From positions 46,686,001-46,750,000 of the forward strand of contig OZ024741.1 in assembly GCA_964016885.1 (NCBI GenBank): a stretch of DNA of 64,000 bases, in the 5' to 3' direction. Position 1 is the stretch's first letter, and every line of letters starts with the position of its first letter. A model generated the notes under the pieces. That model was not told where the DNA came from. It ran no database searches and worked only from the letters and a program-made list of their open reading frames with translations. Shown in pieces: positions 1 through 14,139 of this stretch. The translations under genes and the position numbers were made by a program. This stretch comes from Eledone cirrhosa (lineage: Eukaryota).

Positions 1-224
1 TAGACTACATACGCTCTCATGCACATCAGGTCGTAGCTACATCACTGGCTTGTGAGAGTTTTCTTGGTAGTTAAAGGTATCACTCATTGCTCCATCTGCC
101 CTAGTAGTTGAACCAGAGTTTCTGATTCATCCAGCAGGAGCCCGCTAATATCGCAATTAACTAACATATCTGGTAACCGTATCGATAGCTGCCACATGCG
201 GCCAGCTCTCTAACAGAATGCTCT

Positions 225-590
225 GCCGAGAACCCTTACAGGAGAGGAGCAAGAACTGGTGGAGGGAGCCAGATGTTACCGGCTAGATATAGTTGGGTTT
301 CCTCAACAAAGTTCCGTAAATCTGGTACTTTAAATTTGGATGGCAACTCAACTATTCAGATGTGACGCCAGAAAAGACTGCACAGCGGGAGTGGAATACT
401 CACAAGCCACCGGCTTGAAGCTCTGATTAAAATATATGTCTCTGTGTGTTGTAGAGGTGTATGCACCAAACAGAATCCCGAATACAGGTCCTTCCTTGAT
501 GAAGTCACTGCAGCGTTAAATGTAGTTATGAATAAGTCATATATCCTAATGGGAGACTTCAATGCACATATTGGCACTGACTACCTGACC
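225..590 (+). pseudogene. Degenerate APE endonuclease fragment of an RTE-like LINE
   Basis: Manual translation across frameshifts gives 'EQELVEGARCYRLDIVG', 'VYAP' and 'FLDEVTAALNVVMNKSYILMGDFNAHIGTD'. The VYAP and GDFNAH motifs are typical of LINE APE domains. Confidence 0.6.
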
Positions 591-613
591 TGACATGTAA
601 AGGATTCATTCTT

Positions 614-649
614 TCTTCTGATGAAGGACTAGCGTCCGAAACGTCAAGA
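614..649 (+). ncRNA. Minimal type I hammerhead ribozyme motif (Penelope-associated type)
   Basis: TCTT-CTGATGA-A-GGAC-TAGC-GTCC-GAAA-CG-TC-AAGA: stem I TCTT/AAGA, core CUGAUGA, stem II GGAC/GTCC, GAAA, palindromic ACGT in place of stem III, GUC cleavage triplet. Confidence 0.7.
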
Positions 650-792
650 CCCTCTTCCTGCTGTTTCAAGCGTTAACCTAATATATTCCTTCCATATACT
701 GTATCGATTGTGTTATTTCTGTTTACCTTTTACATACATAAATATATGTGTGTGTGGGGGGGGGGGTGCATTAACCTTAATTATTATTATTT

Positions 793-965
793 GGCAGTAT
801 CGGTAGAGCGTCAGACGCCATGTTTTGCAGCATAGAGTTATGACCCTTTACTTTCTAAGTTCAAATCCCGCCGAGGTTAACTTTGCCTTTCATCCTTACG
901 AGGTCTATAAAATAAAGCACCAGTTATGCACTGGAGTAATTACTGGCCTTGTGCCAAATAGTAGA

Positions 966-969
<4 letters not shown>
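793..969 (+). mobile_element. tRNA-derived SINE (main family)
   Basis: A-box-like GGCAGTATCGGTAGAGCG, B-box-like GTTCAAATCC, body GCCTTTCATCCTTACGAGGTC, tail GGCCTTGTGCC...AGAAAC. Preceded by (TTA)n; many copies in the window. Confidence 0.8.
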
Positions 970-1043
<74 letters not shown>

Positions 1044-1334
1044 ATATATATTTGTGAAATGGGTGGTGGTTGAAATTCAGATGTGCACGGTTAAATGGTA
1101 GTAGACGTGGTCGGACTGACATGAAAATTTACACACCTATGTAAAAAGTGCCAAGGAAGCAAATAGACGAGGTTTCAAATCTCTAACTTGAAAAATATGG
1201 TCCCTTGGGCCCCAAAACTATCGCGTTCGGTGAGTTATTTACCCCTGTTCTAATACTTTTGTCTTATTTACAATTTCATACAAATAAAGCAGTAAATAAA
1301 GGATTATGAGTTCATGCAATTGGCTTATGTTTCG

Positions 1335-1376
<42 letters not shown>

Positions 1377-1933
1377 GAAAACGCTTTAATAAAAAAAAAA
1401 TCAACTGTAATGTATGTATCCATGTATTTATGTGTTTATATGAGCGGGGATATGCAAGTAAATCTTACTTTGTGGACAGCTTATCCTTAGCATAATATTC
1501 ATGCTAGAACAGCATATATTTGAAAGTTTTCAGGGAGTTGAATTACTGATTTTGGATTGGCAGCTTTAGGTTTGAAAAAATGAAATGTGCAGTGTAAACA
1601 TGTTTTTATTATTCCTCCGGGGATGAATCTTCTCTGCCTTTTTCCATCTCTTTCTTTCTCTCTGGAAGAAATCAGCCGTAGTAAGACCTAAAAAATGGTT
1701 AGATACACCATGACGCACCGTGCATCACGGTGGAGTTGAAAAGAAGACTCATAACATGGCGTTTTGTGGGGGTGGCTCGCAGCCCAATGTTCCAGAGGGA
1801 GCAAAAGAAGATAACGAAGAAGATGTGAGCTGGAGTCCTATCAAATATGTAGGATATCTTAAATTGAAGGTTTAGTAGAAACATTTCATGTATAGTTTTG
1901 TACTTTTCTTTTTGTCATTCATATATAAACAAA

Positions 1934-2934
1934 TCTACTATATAAATTGGAAGTGGTCGGACGTTGTATATGTAGGTGTAGTTGGATAAACGTCGAAACG
2001 GCTTGGTGGAATGCAGCGAAAATTTACAAGCTTCCAGAAAATCGATGAAACAGGAATTTCCCATTCAAATTGAACTGAGAGTAATCTGTGAACGCAGAAG
2101 TAATTATTTCGAGAAACGTTGCAACCGAACGAAAACAGGAAGACGATATTTTGTTCGTGAAGACGTCCCCTGGCAATGAACGGGAAAAAAGCGAGGATAA
2201 TACGTCGTTATGTGGAGCGTCAAGAACAATTTCATGCAAAGACAAGACCAAGTTTATGGTATAAATGGAGTCGTTAGACTAATATTCTATTTAAAATAAC
2301 AGAATGATTTCCAGCCCCGGAGTTTAAGAATTATGTAAATAAAATTGAGAACGAAAATGACAGAGGTTAGTAAAATAGTAAAAGTAAATAGTGAAGATTT
2401 AGGCCAGTACATACGTATGCCCCGACGGACATACACATACATATGCACACACAAATACATACACACACACACACGCGAACGCATGCGCGTATATATAAAC
2501 CTTATGCATTTCTACAGTATTTTCACCAAACTTAAGACATAGGTTACTTATGTACTCCAGATGGTCATGGGCTCTGTTATTTTTCCAGATATTGATTATA
2601 GGGCCCCCGGCAGATAACCCCTTTAACCACTTTAACCACTTCCTTGGAGTCGACTGAAGCACTGCAGTGCAATGCAACAAAACGTCATAACTTCTGGAGT
2701 TCGCAACCGATTTTCACAAAACTTGACACATGGGCTACGTTTGTTCTACAGATGAATGTGAACTCTCAGAATTGGCACATATTGGGTAGGGGACCCCTGG
2801 GGACAGGGACCCCCTTTTAGAAAAAGCCGATGATTTTGTAAAAGTATAGTTTTCGAAGCAGCACTGAAGTATTGACATAAATGGTATACACAACTGCTAT
2901 TTAATATTCGAGCAACGCCGGGTACCTCTGCTAG
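1934..2934 (+). mobile_element. Non-autonomous Helitron-like element
   Basis: Starts A|TCTACTATATAAA, ends with the subterminal hairpin-like TTCGAGCAACGCCGGG followed by CTAG|T. This matches Helitron TC...CTAG termini inserted in an AT dinucleotide. The same 3' motif occurs at 20468-20495. Confidence 0.65.
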
Positions 2935-3187
2935 TATATATATATATAAGAGAGAGAGATTTGTGAATGGTACCGGACGGAGATGTCTATAAACTGATGG
3001 ATTTTTTTTTATTTTATTCATATTTTGAATGTATTTTCTATAATTTTTCTGTTTCCTTGTGTTTTTGTTTTTATTTTTGTGGAAATGTTCCAAGATAGAA
3101 TTTGTTTTGTAATCAACAAGAGTGTGGCAGAAAGAGATGAGTAGAGATGTGGTAGAGGAGGGGTGGACGTGAATGGACAGTAGTAGT

Positions 3188-3202
3188 AGAGAGAGAGAGA
3201 GG

Positions 3203-3258
<56 letters not shown>

Positions 3259-3388
3259 ACGAGAGAGAGAAAGAAATGCTTAAATAGATAGAGAGAAGGA
3301 GAGAGAGAGAGAGCACGTGGCAGAGAAAGAAATACCTAAATAGATAGATATGTTTCTTTATTAGCCACTAAATAGATAGATAGATAGA
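3188..3388 (+). repeat. Compound (GA)n/(TAGA)n microsatellite containing a ~17-nt LINE 3' stub (~3353-3368)
   Basis: Direct reading; TTTCTTTATTAGCCAC is identical to the 3' end of the adjacent LINE. Confidence 0.85.
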
Positions 3389-3622
3389 TTTCTTTATTAG
3401 CCACAAGGGCGCAAAAAAAAAGGGGACAATACAAAGACATGCCGGGGATTTTACATACAGTCGTGTAAAAAATATAAAAACAAACAATTTCAACAATCGA
3501 AATCCCCAATAGGGGGGAGGCGTCACAAATGGGTTGTTTAATACCCCGTCGATAGAACAACCCTCAACTCCAGGAGCGTGTTGTGCAAGTGCTCCTTTCT
3601 TCCTTTTGCTCTCTTCCTCAAC

Positions 3623-6600
3623 CTACAGGCTTATAAACAGAGAAGGCCAAATCACTCGGGCCATTTTCGCTTCATTCACCCACTTTTCAGTAAATTTACT
3701 GGGGTGCAGTGCCTCTCTCTCCACCCTGATTCTCCTTCTAAAGTGATACTTAAAGAAGGGAATCAATTGTTGTCCGGAGAGAAAGGCATCTGTCCTCAGT
3801 CCTCTCAACCTCGTCCACCATATAACTTCTTTCACCATAGCCACCGTACAGAGGAAAACCGCCTCTCTTTCGTTTTTGAAAGAGTCTGGCGGTTTGATCC
3901 TTACTATGGACTCGGCAGTCAACTGGATTTATCCCATACGCGACAGCAGTTGTTCTGCATAGTTCCACAGGTCGCTTACGCCCGGGCAGTGTACAATTGC
4001 GTGCAGAACTGTTTCAATGTCCTGCGCACATCTTGGACACGTCCTCTTGGAAGGATCCCTGCCAGGGTGTCCGTGCCTGTAGATTTTGTCACGAACCGGT
4101 AGAGCTCCTCGGTAGCACTGCCAGGCCAGGGACCTCTGGAAGTTGTCCATAGGTCCCGGGCGGGAAGTCCTACCAAACAGACTGGTGAGCTCATCGTCTT
4201 CGACGTCCAGAGTCTCTCCGAGCACGTCGTCGCCCTTGTAACGTACAATCCCTCTATAGAATGTCGAAGTGGAGTCTCCACTGATTGCTGCGCCCGCTTG
4301 CCAGAGGACTGTGAGCGCCTGAGCGCATTCAATGTGCCAGGCGCCCATCGTTTTCGGTCTTTTCTTCACCCAGGACTGCAGCTCCGTTAGCGAGACGAGC
4401 TGTGGGAAAGCCTGTCTCACAAACGGTGCCCACACCGGTTGGGGGGTCGGTGAGGAATACCTGGAGATGCCGCAGCCTCAGCGCATGTTTGCGCATCATC
4501 AGCCACGGCATTCCCAGCCCTCCGTTGGAAGGGTGCTGACAGCAGACGGATCTCCTCACCAGCGGAGCCTGCTTCTTCCAAAGAAACTGGAAGAGCATGC
4601 GTTCCATCTTGGCAAGGTGTTCACGGGGACAAGGCACGACAGTCAAGCGGTAGTAGATGACGGACGCTATGAAAGTGTTCGCCACCTCCGCTCGACCTTT
4701 CAAGGACAGTTTGCACTCTGCCCACTTCTGAGTGAGTGCAAACACCTTGGCCGTGACCTCGTTCCAGTTTTTCTCCACCTGGAGGTCTGGACCGAACCAG
4801 ACCCCGAGCAATTTCACCGGTCCGTCCGTCCATCGTCCAACGACGCTGTCGGATGTCATCGGTTTGCCTCTCCACGTACCGAGTTGCAAACCGACAGACT
4901 TGTCTGGGTTTAGTTTTGCTCCCGTCAGCGTTTCGTATTCTTTCAGTAAGTTGCCGATCACCCCGATTTCCGAGGTGCTCGACACCATTACCGCTACGTC
5001 GTCGGCATAAGCCGACGCCGCTTTGCGCAGTCCCGGTTCTAGGGGGATGCCCTGCAACAGCTCCAATTTCCGCAGTAGTGGCTCTAGAGTCAATACATAC
5101 AGAATGGAGGAGAGAGGGCATCACTGTCGAATGGAACGCGTGATTGCGAACGGCTCCGATAGGTAGCCGTTCACCTTGACCCTCGAGCAGATGCTGGTGT
5201 GCATCGCCTCGATCCATCCTCTGAATACGGGACCGAAACCGGCCGCCTTGAGAAACGCTTCCAAGTATCGATGGTCGACCCTATCGAATGCCTTAGACTG
5301 ATCCAAGTTGATCAGAGCCCCACCGAAGCCGGGTTTAGTACCCACCCTCTCTATGATGTATCGCATGAGGTGGAGGTTGTCGTGTATGGACCTGGTCGGG
5401 ATTGCACACGTTTGCGCTTTCCCTACCAGGTTCTCGACGACAAGCGCCAACCTCGTCGCTAGCACCTTGGCCAAAATCTTTAACTCTGTTGAGCAGAGTT
5501 ATGGGCCTGAAGTTGTTAATTTCGTCCCCCTTGTTCTCGTCTTTCCTGATCAGCGTTACTACGCCCTTGCCTGCAGAACTGGGAATTCTCCCGTTCTGCT
5601 GCCAATTGCAGTAGACGGCTTCGAGGACGCCAGAGAACAAGTCCGGCATGCCTATGTAAAATTCGTAGGGTAGACCATCTAGACCGGGTGACTTGCGTTT
5701 CCCGCAGCGGCCCAGAGCGTCCCGTTTCTCAGTGTCCGTGATCGGTCTTTCGCAGAACTCGGCGTCCGTGTTCGAGAGACGCGGCAGGCCGTCGAGGTAT
5801 GAACTAAAGTCCATTGTCCCGTTCGGCTCACCGTCGTTCTGCTCAAACAGTCGCGCAAAGTGCCGCTGAAAGGCCGCGCACATTTGCTTGGGGTCAAGTA
5901 GCACGCGTCCGTTTTGGTCTTTCAAAGACCGAATCGTGGACTTGTTGCCACTTTATGCCTCCGCCACTCGGGGCCAGCTGACAGCTTTCGCTCCTTCGTT
6001 TCCTAGAGCACGTGTTTTGCTTCTGACCACGCAGCCTTCGTGTTTCGCATCGAAGAACTGGTCCAGTGCCGTTCTCGACGCTAACACTCTAGCCGCGTTG
6101 CCACTTCTAAGTGCCTCCTCTACCTTGGCTACTAGTTTTCTTTCTATTCTGTTTTTCTCTAAGGCTAACTCTCTGCTATACCCTATCGATTCTATTCTAA
6201 TTGCTTTCTTGAGAGAGTACCACCATCTATTGTTGACGATAGTTCCCGTTAACTGTTGCTTGGCTAGTCTACTTATCCGTTCACTGTAAGCTTTACGTGC
6301 CGGCAACGACACGTTCAGCTTCCAGTATCCGGGACCCTGTCTATGTATTCTATCACGGTTGACTAAGCAGACGACTAACTTGTGATCTGAATAGGCAACC
6401 ATGTGCATTCATGGACAGCTTAACATCTCCTTGTCCCTTTCTCTAATGAAGAACCTATCTAAATACGATCTAGATGTCCCACTGCGGTTTACCCACGTCC
6501 ACTGTGGTGCAGTCTGGAAATCCAGTCGATACCTATCGGCCAGTTGGAATTGGCCGATTAAAGTTTTGAGGCTGTTGCACCCCGCTCTACTGGGAGGACA

Positions 6601-7071
6601 TGCTCCCACATAGTCCCATCGTGCATCTAGGATACCATTCCAGTCCCCCACTAAAAGTAAGGAGCGAGACGTTCCCAGAAAAGACTCTAGACGCTTAAAG
6701 AAGTCTGGCCGTAATTGCGATTGCCCGGTCAGGGCATAAACGGCCACCAGTCTGAAGGCTCCACCTCCGATACTGTTCACGTCTAGGACTACCAGTCTAC
6801 CCTCCGGGTCCAAGTGTACTTGCTGTACTCCGACGTCCAGGTTCTTCCGAAACATAACAGCCACTCCAACTCCACCTCCTGGCTGACAGAGAGATGCGTA
6901 GATCTCAAAGTCGTCGAAGATGGGGGTTAGTTGCTGCCTGTTGTGGATCCTGGACTCGGTGATGGCTATCACATCCATACTGTGTGACCTAAGGTCGTTT
7001 AAAAGTTGGCCCTGTTTCCAGGGCATCCCTAGGCCACGCACATTCACGGTTCCAACTCGTAAACCAGCCAT
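3623..7071 (-). pseudogene. Tx1 ORF2 (APE endonuclease + reverse transcriptase + C-terminal Zn-finger), copy A, disrupted
   Basis: ORF pieces MAGLRVGTVNVRGL, GDWNGIL, SYLDRF, YSDHK, GPGYWKLN, KSPGLDGLPYEFY, NFRPITLLN, LDQSKAFDRVDH, AYADDV, GGLGMP, CPRC..ETVLHA..C; several frameshifts. Confidence 0.9.
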
Positions 7072-7112
7072 GTTGGTGAAGAAGAGTTGGAGAAAAAGGA
7101 CGAAAGGTGCAC

Positions 7113-8852
7113 TTACCTTTTCGTTTCCTGGAGATCGGGTTGTTCAATCTCCATTTGGGTGCTGGATGGGGTGTTGGGTGGGGTGGAGAAACCTTTCAAC
7201 AGGACGCGGTTGATGGGTTTGTGGCAGAGGTTGCCCACGTCCTGTGAAAATTTAATTTTTAGGTCTTTATAGGTTTCCATAGAAACCCTTATAAGTTTAA
7301 GGTGTGGAGACGATTCTGCCTTGACGAAAGTTTTGCTCTCCGTCTCCACCTTGGTGTTTTGGGAGATGACCTCCATCAAACTCTTGTTGTTTGTGTTGAT
7401 GTATGCGTATTGTTGTTTGTGTTTTTGTTGTGTTGTTTTAGTTTGTTGTTCATCCGGGAGTTTTCTTTTTATGGTGGGTGCTTGTGTTTGGGGTGGTGTT
7501 GGTGCTGGTTTTGCTGATAGGAGGATGTTTGACTGTGGTGTTGTTTGTGTTGTTGTTTGTGTCTGTGGTTGTGTGTTGATGTTGGTGATTGGAGTTTTGG
7601 GGGTTTTGTGGTGTCTCTTTTTTTGTTTTTTAGATTTCCGCGGTTCTCCCTCTTCTTCACTTAAAGAAGGAGAAGCAGCTTCATCCGTCGATGAATAATC
7701 ATCGTCAGGTGTGTGGGGTAAGGGTATGTTGTGTGGTGGTGGTGGTGTTTCGGTATGTGTGTTTGTGGTAGTGTTTGATGGAGTGAGATGGAGTGGGGAT
7801 GTGTTCTTCAGGGGTGTTGTCTCTGTTTTTTCTGTTGTTGTTGGTTGAGTGTCTGTTTGTTTTGGTGTGGTTGCTCGTTTCGTCTGTCGTTGTACTTGTG
7901 GTGGTGGTGGTGGTTGTTTTGGTGTTGGTGTTGGTAATAGCGTTTTTTTTATGATGTTGTTGTTGTGTGTTTGTGGACAAGAGGCTTTTATGTGAGCTGT
8001 GCTAACACAGCGAAAGCAATGAAATTTTCGTCCTTCTACCGAAATGTTTATTTTGTTGTTATTATCAATAACGACTCTTTCGGGTATTTTGGAGATTCTC
8101 TCCGGTTTCATTTGCAACAGAATCTCCAAATCTGTGCCCGCCCACCTTTGTCGAATAGATTTTTGTATCGAAAGTATTATTTCTGTTTCTGGCTCTACGA
8201 AGCCAGCCAAGATCCACCAGATGTTAATGCTTGGAGGTATGTTTTTATTTTTATTTTTTGTGTCCTTTTCCCCATGTATGAGGGAAAAAGGTGTATGCTT
8301 TTGACACTATTGGTGTCACAGAGTTTTTTGGGGCGAGTGCCTCGCTTTTAAACAGTACGGAAACACTTCCGTACTGTTTTCCTCGCTGGAGAAAATCGAC
8401 ATTTGCTAGAATTTCCTTGAAAGAATCTTCTATATCTGCTTGATTAACAAATGTCGGTTTTCTTGACGAATTTGACACAGTCCTAAAAGTGACTGATCGG
8501 CGGTTTGTGTCTTGCTTTATTTCAAGGGGTGAGTTAATTCTAAACGCACCTCTTTCTTCGAAAGTTACAAATTTTCTCCCTTGCTGGAGCATATCTCTTG
8601 CGTTGGAGATATCAAGATTTATAAAATCTTGTTTCTTGTTGACTGTGTCAGCGAAAGACATTTTCTTTTTTTGTGTGGTGTTGTTGTTGATGATGATGTT
8701 ATCGTTGTTGGAAACTTTATGTGTAGATGTATCTGTAGAGTTGTTGATGTCTTTTTCATGTGTATGTATGTCAATGGGTTTTTTTGCTGTGTTTTCCTGT
8801 GTGTTATTGTCATTTTTCTCCGCTTCGGCGGTAGAAATTGTAAAATTTTCAA
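7113..8852 (-). pseudogene. Tx1 ORF1 (RRM-like region + CCHC knuckle + P/T/Q-rich linker), copy A
   Basis: ORFs 8251-8661 and 7113-8210; CFRCVSTAHIKASC is a CX2CX4HX4C knuckle; RGKQYGSVSVLF is shared with the other ORF1 copies. The start position is uncertain. Confidence 0.75.
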
Positions 8853-9209
8853 ATGTTAATATATATATTTTTTTCTTTTGTGACAGTTGTATCTATGGCG
8901 ACGTCCATAGTAGCAGAAGCAGATATAACGTTAATATCTGCCTCTTTCTCTCTATTAACGTTCTCCAGCGTTCTAGTGTTGCTCAAGTTTTTTACTTTGT
9001 AAAATCTGATATTTTAAAACAAATTTTTAAAATAGAATTTTCGCCCCTATAGGGGCGAAAAATGGGATTACCACCCAGCTGACAATTCAGCTTGGGGGTT
9101 AATCTACAAAGTGTTGTGTTTTTTTCAAACAATTAGATCGGTTTTTTGCATAGAAATTAACAAAAAACTTACCGGCGATATTCCACACGTCAGACAGAAA
9201 GAGAGAGAG

Positions 9210-9772
<563 letters not shown>

Positions 9773-10075
9773 TAAATAGAGAGAGAGAAAGAGAGAGAGA
9801 GGAGGCGGAAAGTGAGATAAAGAAAATAATGAGGCTTGAAGGAGGAAACAATCTACAACATTTTTTACATTCGACTATGAAATTGTTTTTAAATTGACGT
9901 TCTATTTGGACGTTATTGCTATGGAAACAGTTCTCTTTGAATATTATTTACCATTCCATATATGTAATATTGTTTCAACTTAACTACAACAAGTTTAGGT
10001 TCCGAAGTTTACTTTGTCTACCAGCCAAGCAACGATTTCCTCGCCGTCGCAGTATATTTCTTATGCTCTGGTGTC

Positions 10076-10432
10076 CTCTCTGTCGTAGCAGATGAATTTA
10101 TGCTCTATATATATAGAGAGAGAGACTCAATGTGGTTGCTCTATAGTACTAGAAATAACAGCCAAATCTCCTTCAAACCACTCCCTACTGACTTTAAAAT
10201 AACACTACATCTAGATCAGCAATTCCCAAACTTGTGTCCGGGGATCACGTTAAAGTCTCTCTGTCGTAGCAGATGAATGTATGCTCTATATATAGAGAGG
10301 GGCTCAATGTAGTTGCTCTATAGTACTAGAAATAACAGCCACATTTCCTTCAAACCACTCCCTACTGACTTTAAAATAACACTACATCTAAATCAGCAGT
10401 TCCCAAACTTGGGTCCGGGGATCACGTTAAAG
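10076..10432 (+). repeat. ~180 bp direct tandem duplication
   Basis: CTCTCTGTCGTAGCAGATGAAT...GGGGATCACGTTAAAG occurs at ~10076-10255 and ~10257-10432 with few differences. Confidence 0.85.
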
Positions 10433-10754
10433 CCCACAATAGTCTTACAGTGAATCAGTTATCTAAGTTAAGAAGCCGCAGTATAAGATGTATAAGCATC
10501 CACGGTAAGACTGACATAAATAAACATTAACAAATCTAAAAATAAAATCTTCAAATCTACAAGAATAGTTTATTGGAACATGACCTCCGCTTAAAACTAT
10601 CTGTTATTGAAAATGATATTTTGAGAAAAACCCGTATCGACCGTTTCATTAAACAAATAAGACTTTTGTTTAATACAGCCTCATATTTAACTGAATATAT
10701 AGTTAAATATATCTTTTAGTTGAGAGATGAAACTGATAAAACGGATTTAATATT

Positions 10755-10812
10755 AGCTAAACGCCACAAATACCACAAGCTGTTCAATAAAAACACTATC
10801 AAACTTTCATTT
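10755..10812 (+). pseudogene. Tiny Penelope-like ORF remnant
   Basis: KRHKYHKLFNKNTIKLSF resembles a motif (HKxHKIFNRNTVKxSY) I recall from the RT-to-GIY-YIG linker of Penelope-like elements. Very short match. Confidence 0.4.
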
Positions 10813-11330
10813 CGTCACAGACAAACGCATTTTATTTTTCCAACAGACTATAGATTCTTCAATATTATGTGGAGACAACTTTTCCTTGTGGTGTATACAA
10901 ATAGTTTTAATTTTAAATTACGGTACCGGTGCTGGTTGAGACTGGAGTTGTGGCATAAATTGTAGATGTACCTTATACAGACCTGTCAACTCTCCCTGTC
11001 GGACGAGGTGGGGACCTCGCACCCACTTTGGGGTGGGTGAGAGATGTCTTCTCTTGTGAAAATGCGTATAGCTTTCATTATGTAAAATCTCCCCATTTTG
11101 TCTCATTTCTCCCTGTTTGGGGGCACATTTTCATGGTACTCCCCGTTAGGGTTTTTAGAGTTTGGCAGTCTGCTTATAGGTATTGTGAGTTAGCCAACAT
11201 ATGCAGAGTAGTTAAATCAATTGATATAAATCATTTGCAGAAATTGTCTTCTGCTTTGGTTTAATGCTAGACAAGAGGCTTAAAAATGGATCGGATGAGT
11301 TACCAATCCCCAAACCAGTTTCCTTTTTGC

Positions 11331-11361
<31 letters not shown>

Positions 11362-11574
11362 GTCTGATAAATGGAAATCATCGTGTCAATCTTCAAACAA
11401 TGGCCGGTTGAAATAATAATCGTGGCGCATGCGCTCATAAGAATTTCTTCAATTGTAATTAGATTAGATTGTTGTTAGATGCTTAAATTCGTCTACTGAA
11501 TATATTCTCAATTGTACACTTACTAAAATTTGTAAAATGATAGTGCTAAGCCCGAGAAGCATTGATGAGCATAT

Positions 11575-12119
<545 letters not shown>

Positions 12120-12399
12120 GATTATAGTTGTTTTCATGTAATTGGAGGATTATGTGAGTAAACAAATAGATAAATCAAGATAAATGAGTATTCATTAACG
12201 CAATCACGAACTATTATAATGAGAAACATAATTAATAATATGATGGATCCTCAGTCGGTTTTGACGATGAGCATTTAGTCGTTCAGTCAACTGAACATAG
12301 TAAATTAACGTGTAAACGAGGGAGAATTACACCAATGCGTGTACCGTTAACGTAATTCTCAAACAGAATCAGAGTTACACAGTGCTGACTTATGTAGTG

Positions 12400-12908
12400 T
12401 TGTTGTTTTTAGCTAATTTCGAGGTGCTTATTTCAAATATGGCATCCATTTTTTCCTAACACATCAAGTTTTCATTCTATAGCACACCCCTATTTCATTA
12501 TGCACTGTATGAATAATATAATTTACTTAGGATGGATTACTAAGTCATATAGCTTGAAGCCTTAAGTTATACTATCAATAGAATCTGATATGATAGATGA
12601 AATATAAGATAACATCACCTTTTATTAAATACATCTTGCTCATTCTCAAATAAAATGGATAACGCAAAAACAATCTGACACTATCCAACATATTCATGGA
12701 ACCAATTTTCGCTTACGAGAGCGCCTGGGGTGTTTCATGTCTACACAGTCTCTTTGAAGACTCCAACAGTGGTCTGCCATCATGTGTGTGTTCCTTCTAC
12801 TACCTTGATATCTCTCCTGCATAACCTTAATATATTGATGGAAGCGTTCGCCATGTTCATCGCTCACATCTCCAAGATTAGCAGGAAATTCATTGAGATG
12901 GCTCTTGA
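12400..12908 (-). mobile_element. DNA transposon 3' remnant, Chapaev3-like (CMC) transposase C-terminus
   Basis: SHLNEFPANLGDVSDEHGERFHQYIKVMQERYQG...MMADHCWSLQRD (12694-12908) matches a motif I associate with Chapaev3 transposases. The family assignment is from recall. Confidence 0.6.
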
Positions 12909-14096
12909 AGATAAGATCATGAGAGTTGGGAAGGAACTCCTCAAGAGGTATTCCCTGTGTGATAATCAAAAACTTACACCCAGGGAAGATTCTCAGCAGT
13001 ATCGCAGTGAATCCATGGATGAAAAACTGCATGCTTATCAGCAAAAAAATCATGCATGGATATGTTGCTAGGAAGCTCCAGAGTGAGAGTAATATAGATA
13101 AAGAAAGTAGTCTATCTTGGACCAACAACCGCTATATTGGCTCCCACTTTGAAGGATATGCTTTTGCAATCCAAGAACAGGAAATCAATACGAAATACCT
13201 GATTCACAAAAGAGATAGGGATGCAGGCAAAACACCTAGATGTGATAACAAGCGCAGACTCTGCAGAATTAACATCGAAGATGTCACCCATGTCATCAGC
13301 AGCTGTAATCGCGGTACTATCTACCTATGAGGGATGATGTAGTGGCCAAAACACTGTACAATGCAATCCGTAGAAAAGATATCCCCGGTAATAAACACAT
13401 TAAAAGCTACAGCAATGTGGAAGACATACATATGCATAATATGAAAGAGTACTGGTGGAATGTTCCAGTAAAAACCCCAATAAAATGCAGGCATAACAGA
13501 CCAGATATTATGATATGGAACAGGGAAAAGAAGGCATGCATAGTAGTGGAAGTTAGCTGTCCAGCAGATGCCAATATAATATCAAAGATTAGCAAAAAGG
13601 GGAATATTTATGCAGAACTGATGAAAAATCTGCAGATACTCCACCCTGATTATACCTTCAGATTTATGCCTGTGATTATTGGGGCACTGGGATATGTTAG
13701 TAACAGCATCAATACAAATCTTGAGAAGCTGGGTTTCACAGGAACAGAAAGAATACAACTAGTTAGGAAATTACAAGTACAATCCATTAATGGAACAGTA
13801 AACATATGCAAATGGAACAGTAAAAATATGTAAAACATTCCAAAAATTATGCATCTAATAACTGCATATACACATGTACAGATACTAAGCATATACACAT
13901 GCACACATACAACTCAAAACATACACATCCACACATACAATAACATCCATACCTGCACACCCACACATGCATGCAGACATGCATACATATCTACCTAGTT
14001 GATGTGTAAATTCCAGTGAGAGAGTCTTGTGTCTATGTTAGAAACCGACTCTCTCTCTATTGGCAAAAAATTGTGAAATTATAAAACCAGAAGAAC
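12909..14096 (+). mobile_element. 5'-truncated R4/Dong-like RLE LINE, copy 1, ending in (ATAC)n
   Basis: EGYAFAIQEQ, degenerate CCHC, RPDI, EVSCP (RLE nuclease), GALG. The 3' UTR ends AAAACCAGAAGAAC followed by (ATAC)n. Confidence 0.85.
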
Positions 14097-14139
14097 ATAC
14101 ATACGTACATACATACATACCTACATACATACATACTAC

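Larger units (their letters stand above)
3389..9194 (-). mobile_element. Tx1-clade LINE, copy A (near full length, frameshifted), flanked by (TAGA)n
   Basis: ORF1 and ORF2 remnants in order. 3' end is CCCTTGTGGCTAATAAAGAAA followed by (TCTA)n; the 5' end abuts a GA/TAGA repeat. Confidence 0.9.

Noticed and set aside
1320-1340. Minus-strand GACGAAACATAAGCC, a possible 3' half of a hammerhead
   Set aside because: The 5' core is absent (replaced by (TA)n); too short to support.
10978-10995. hAT-like terminal motif CAGACCTGTCAAC (similar to CAGACCTGCCAAC at ~63782)
   Set aside because: No matching opposite terminus or target-site duplication could be located, so no element can be delimited.
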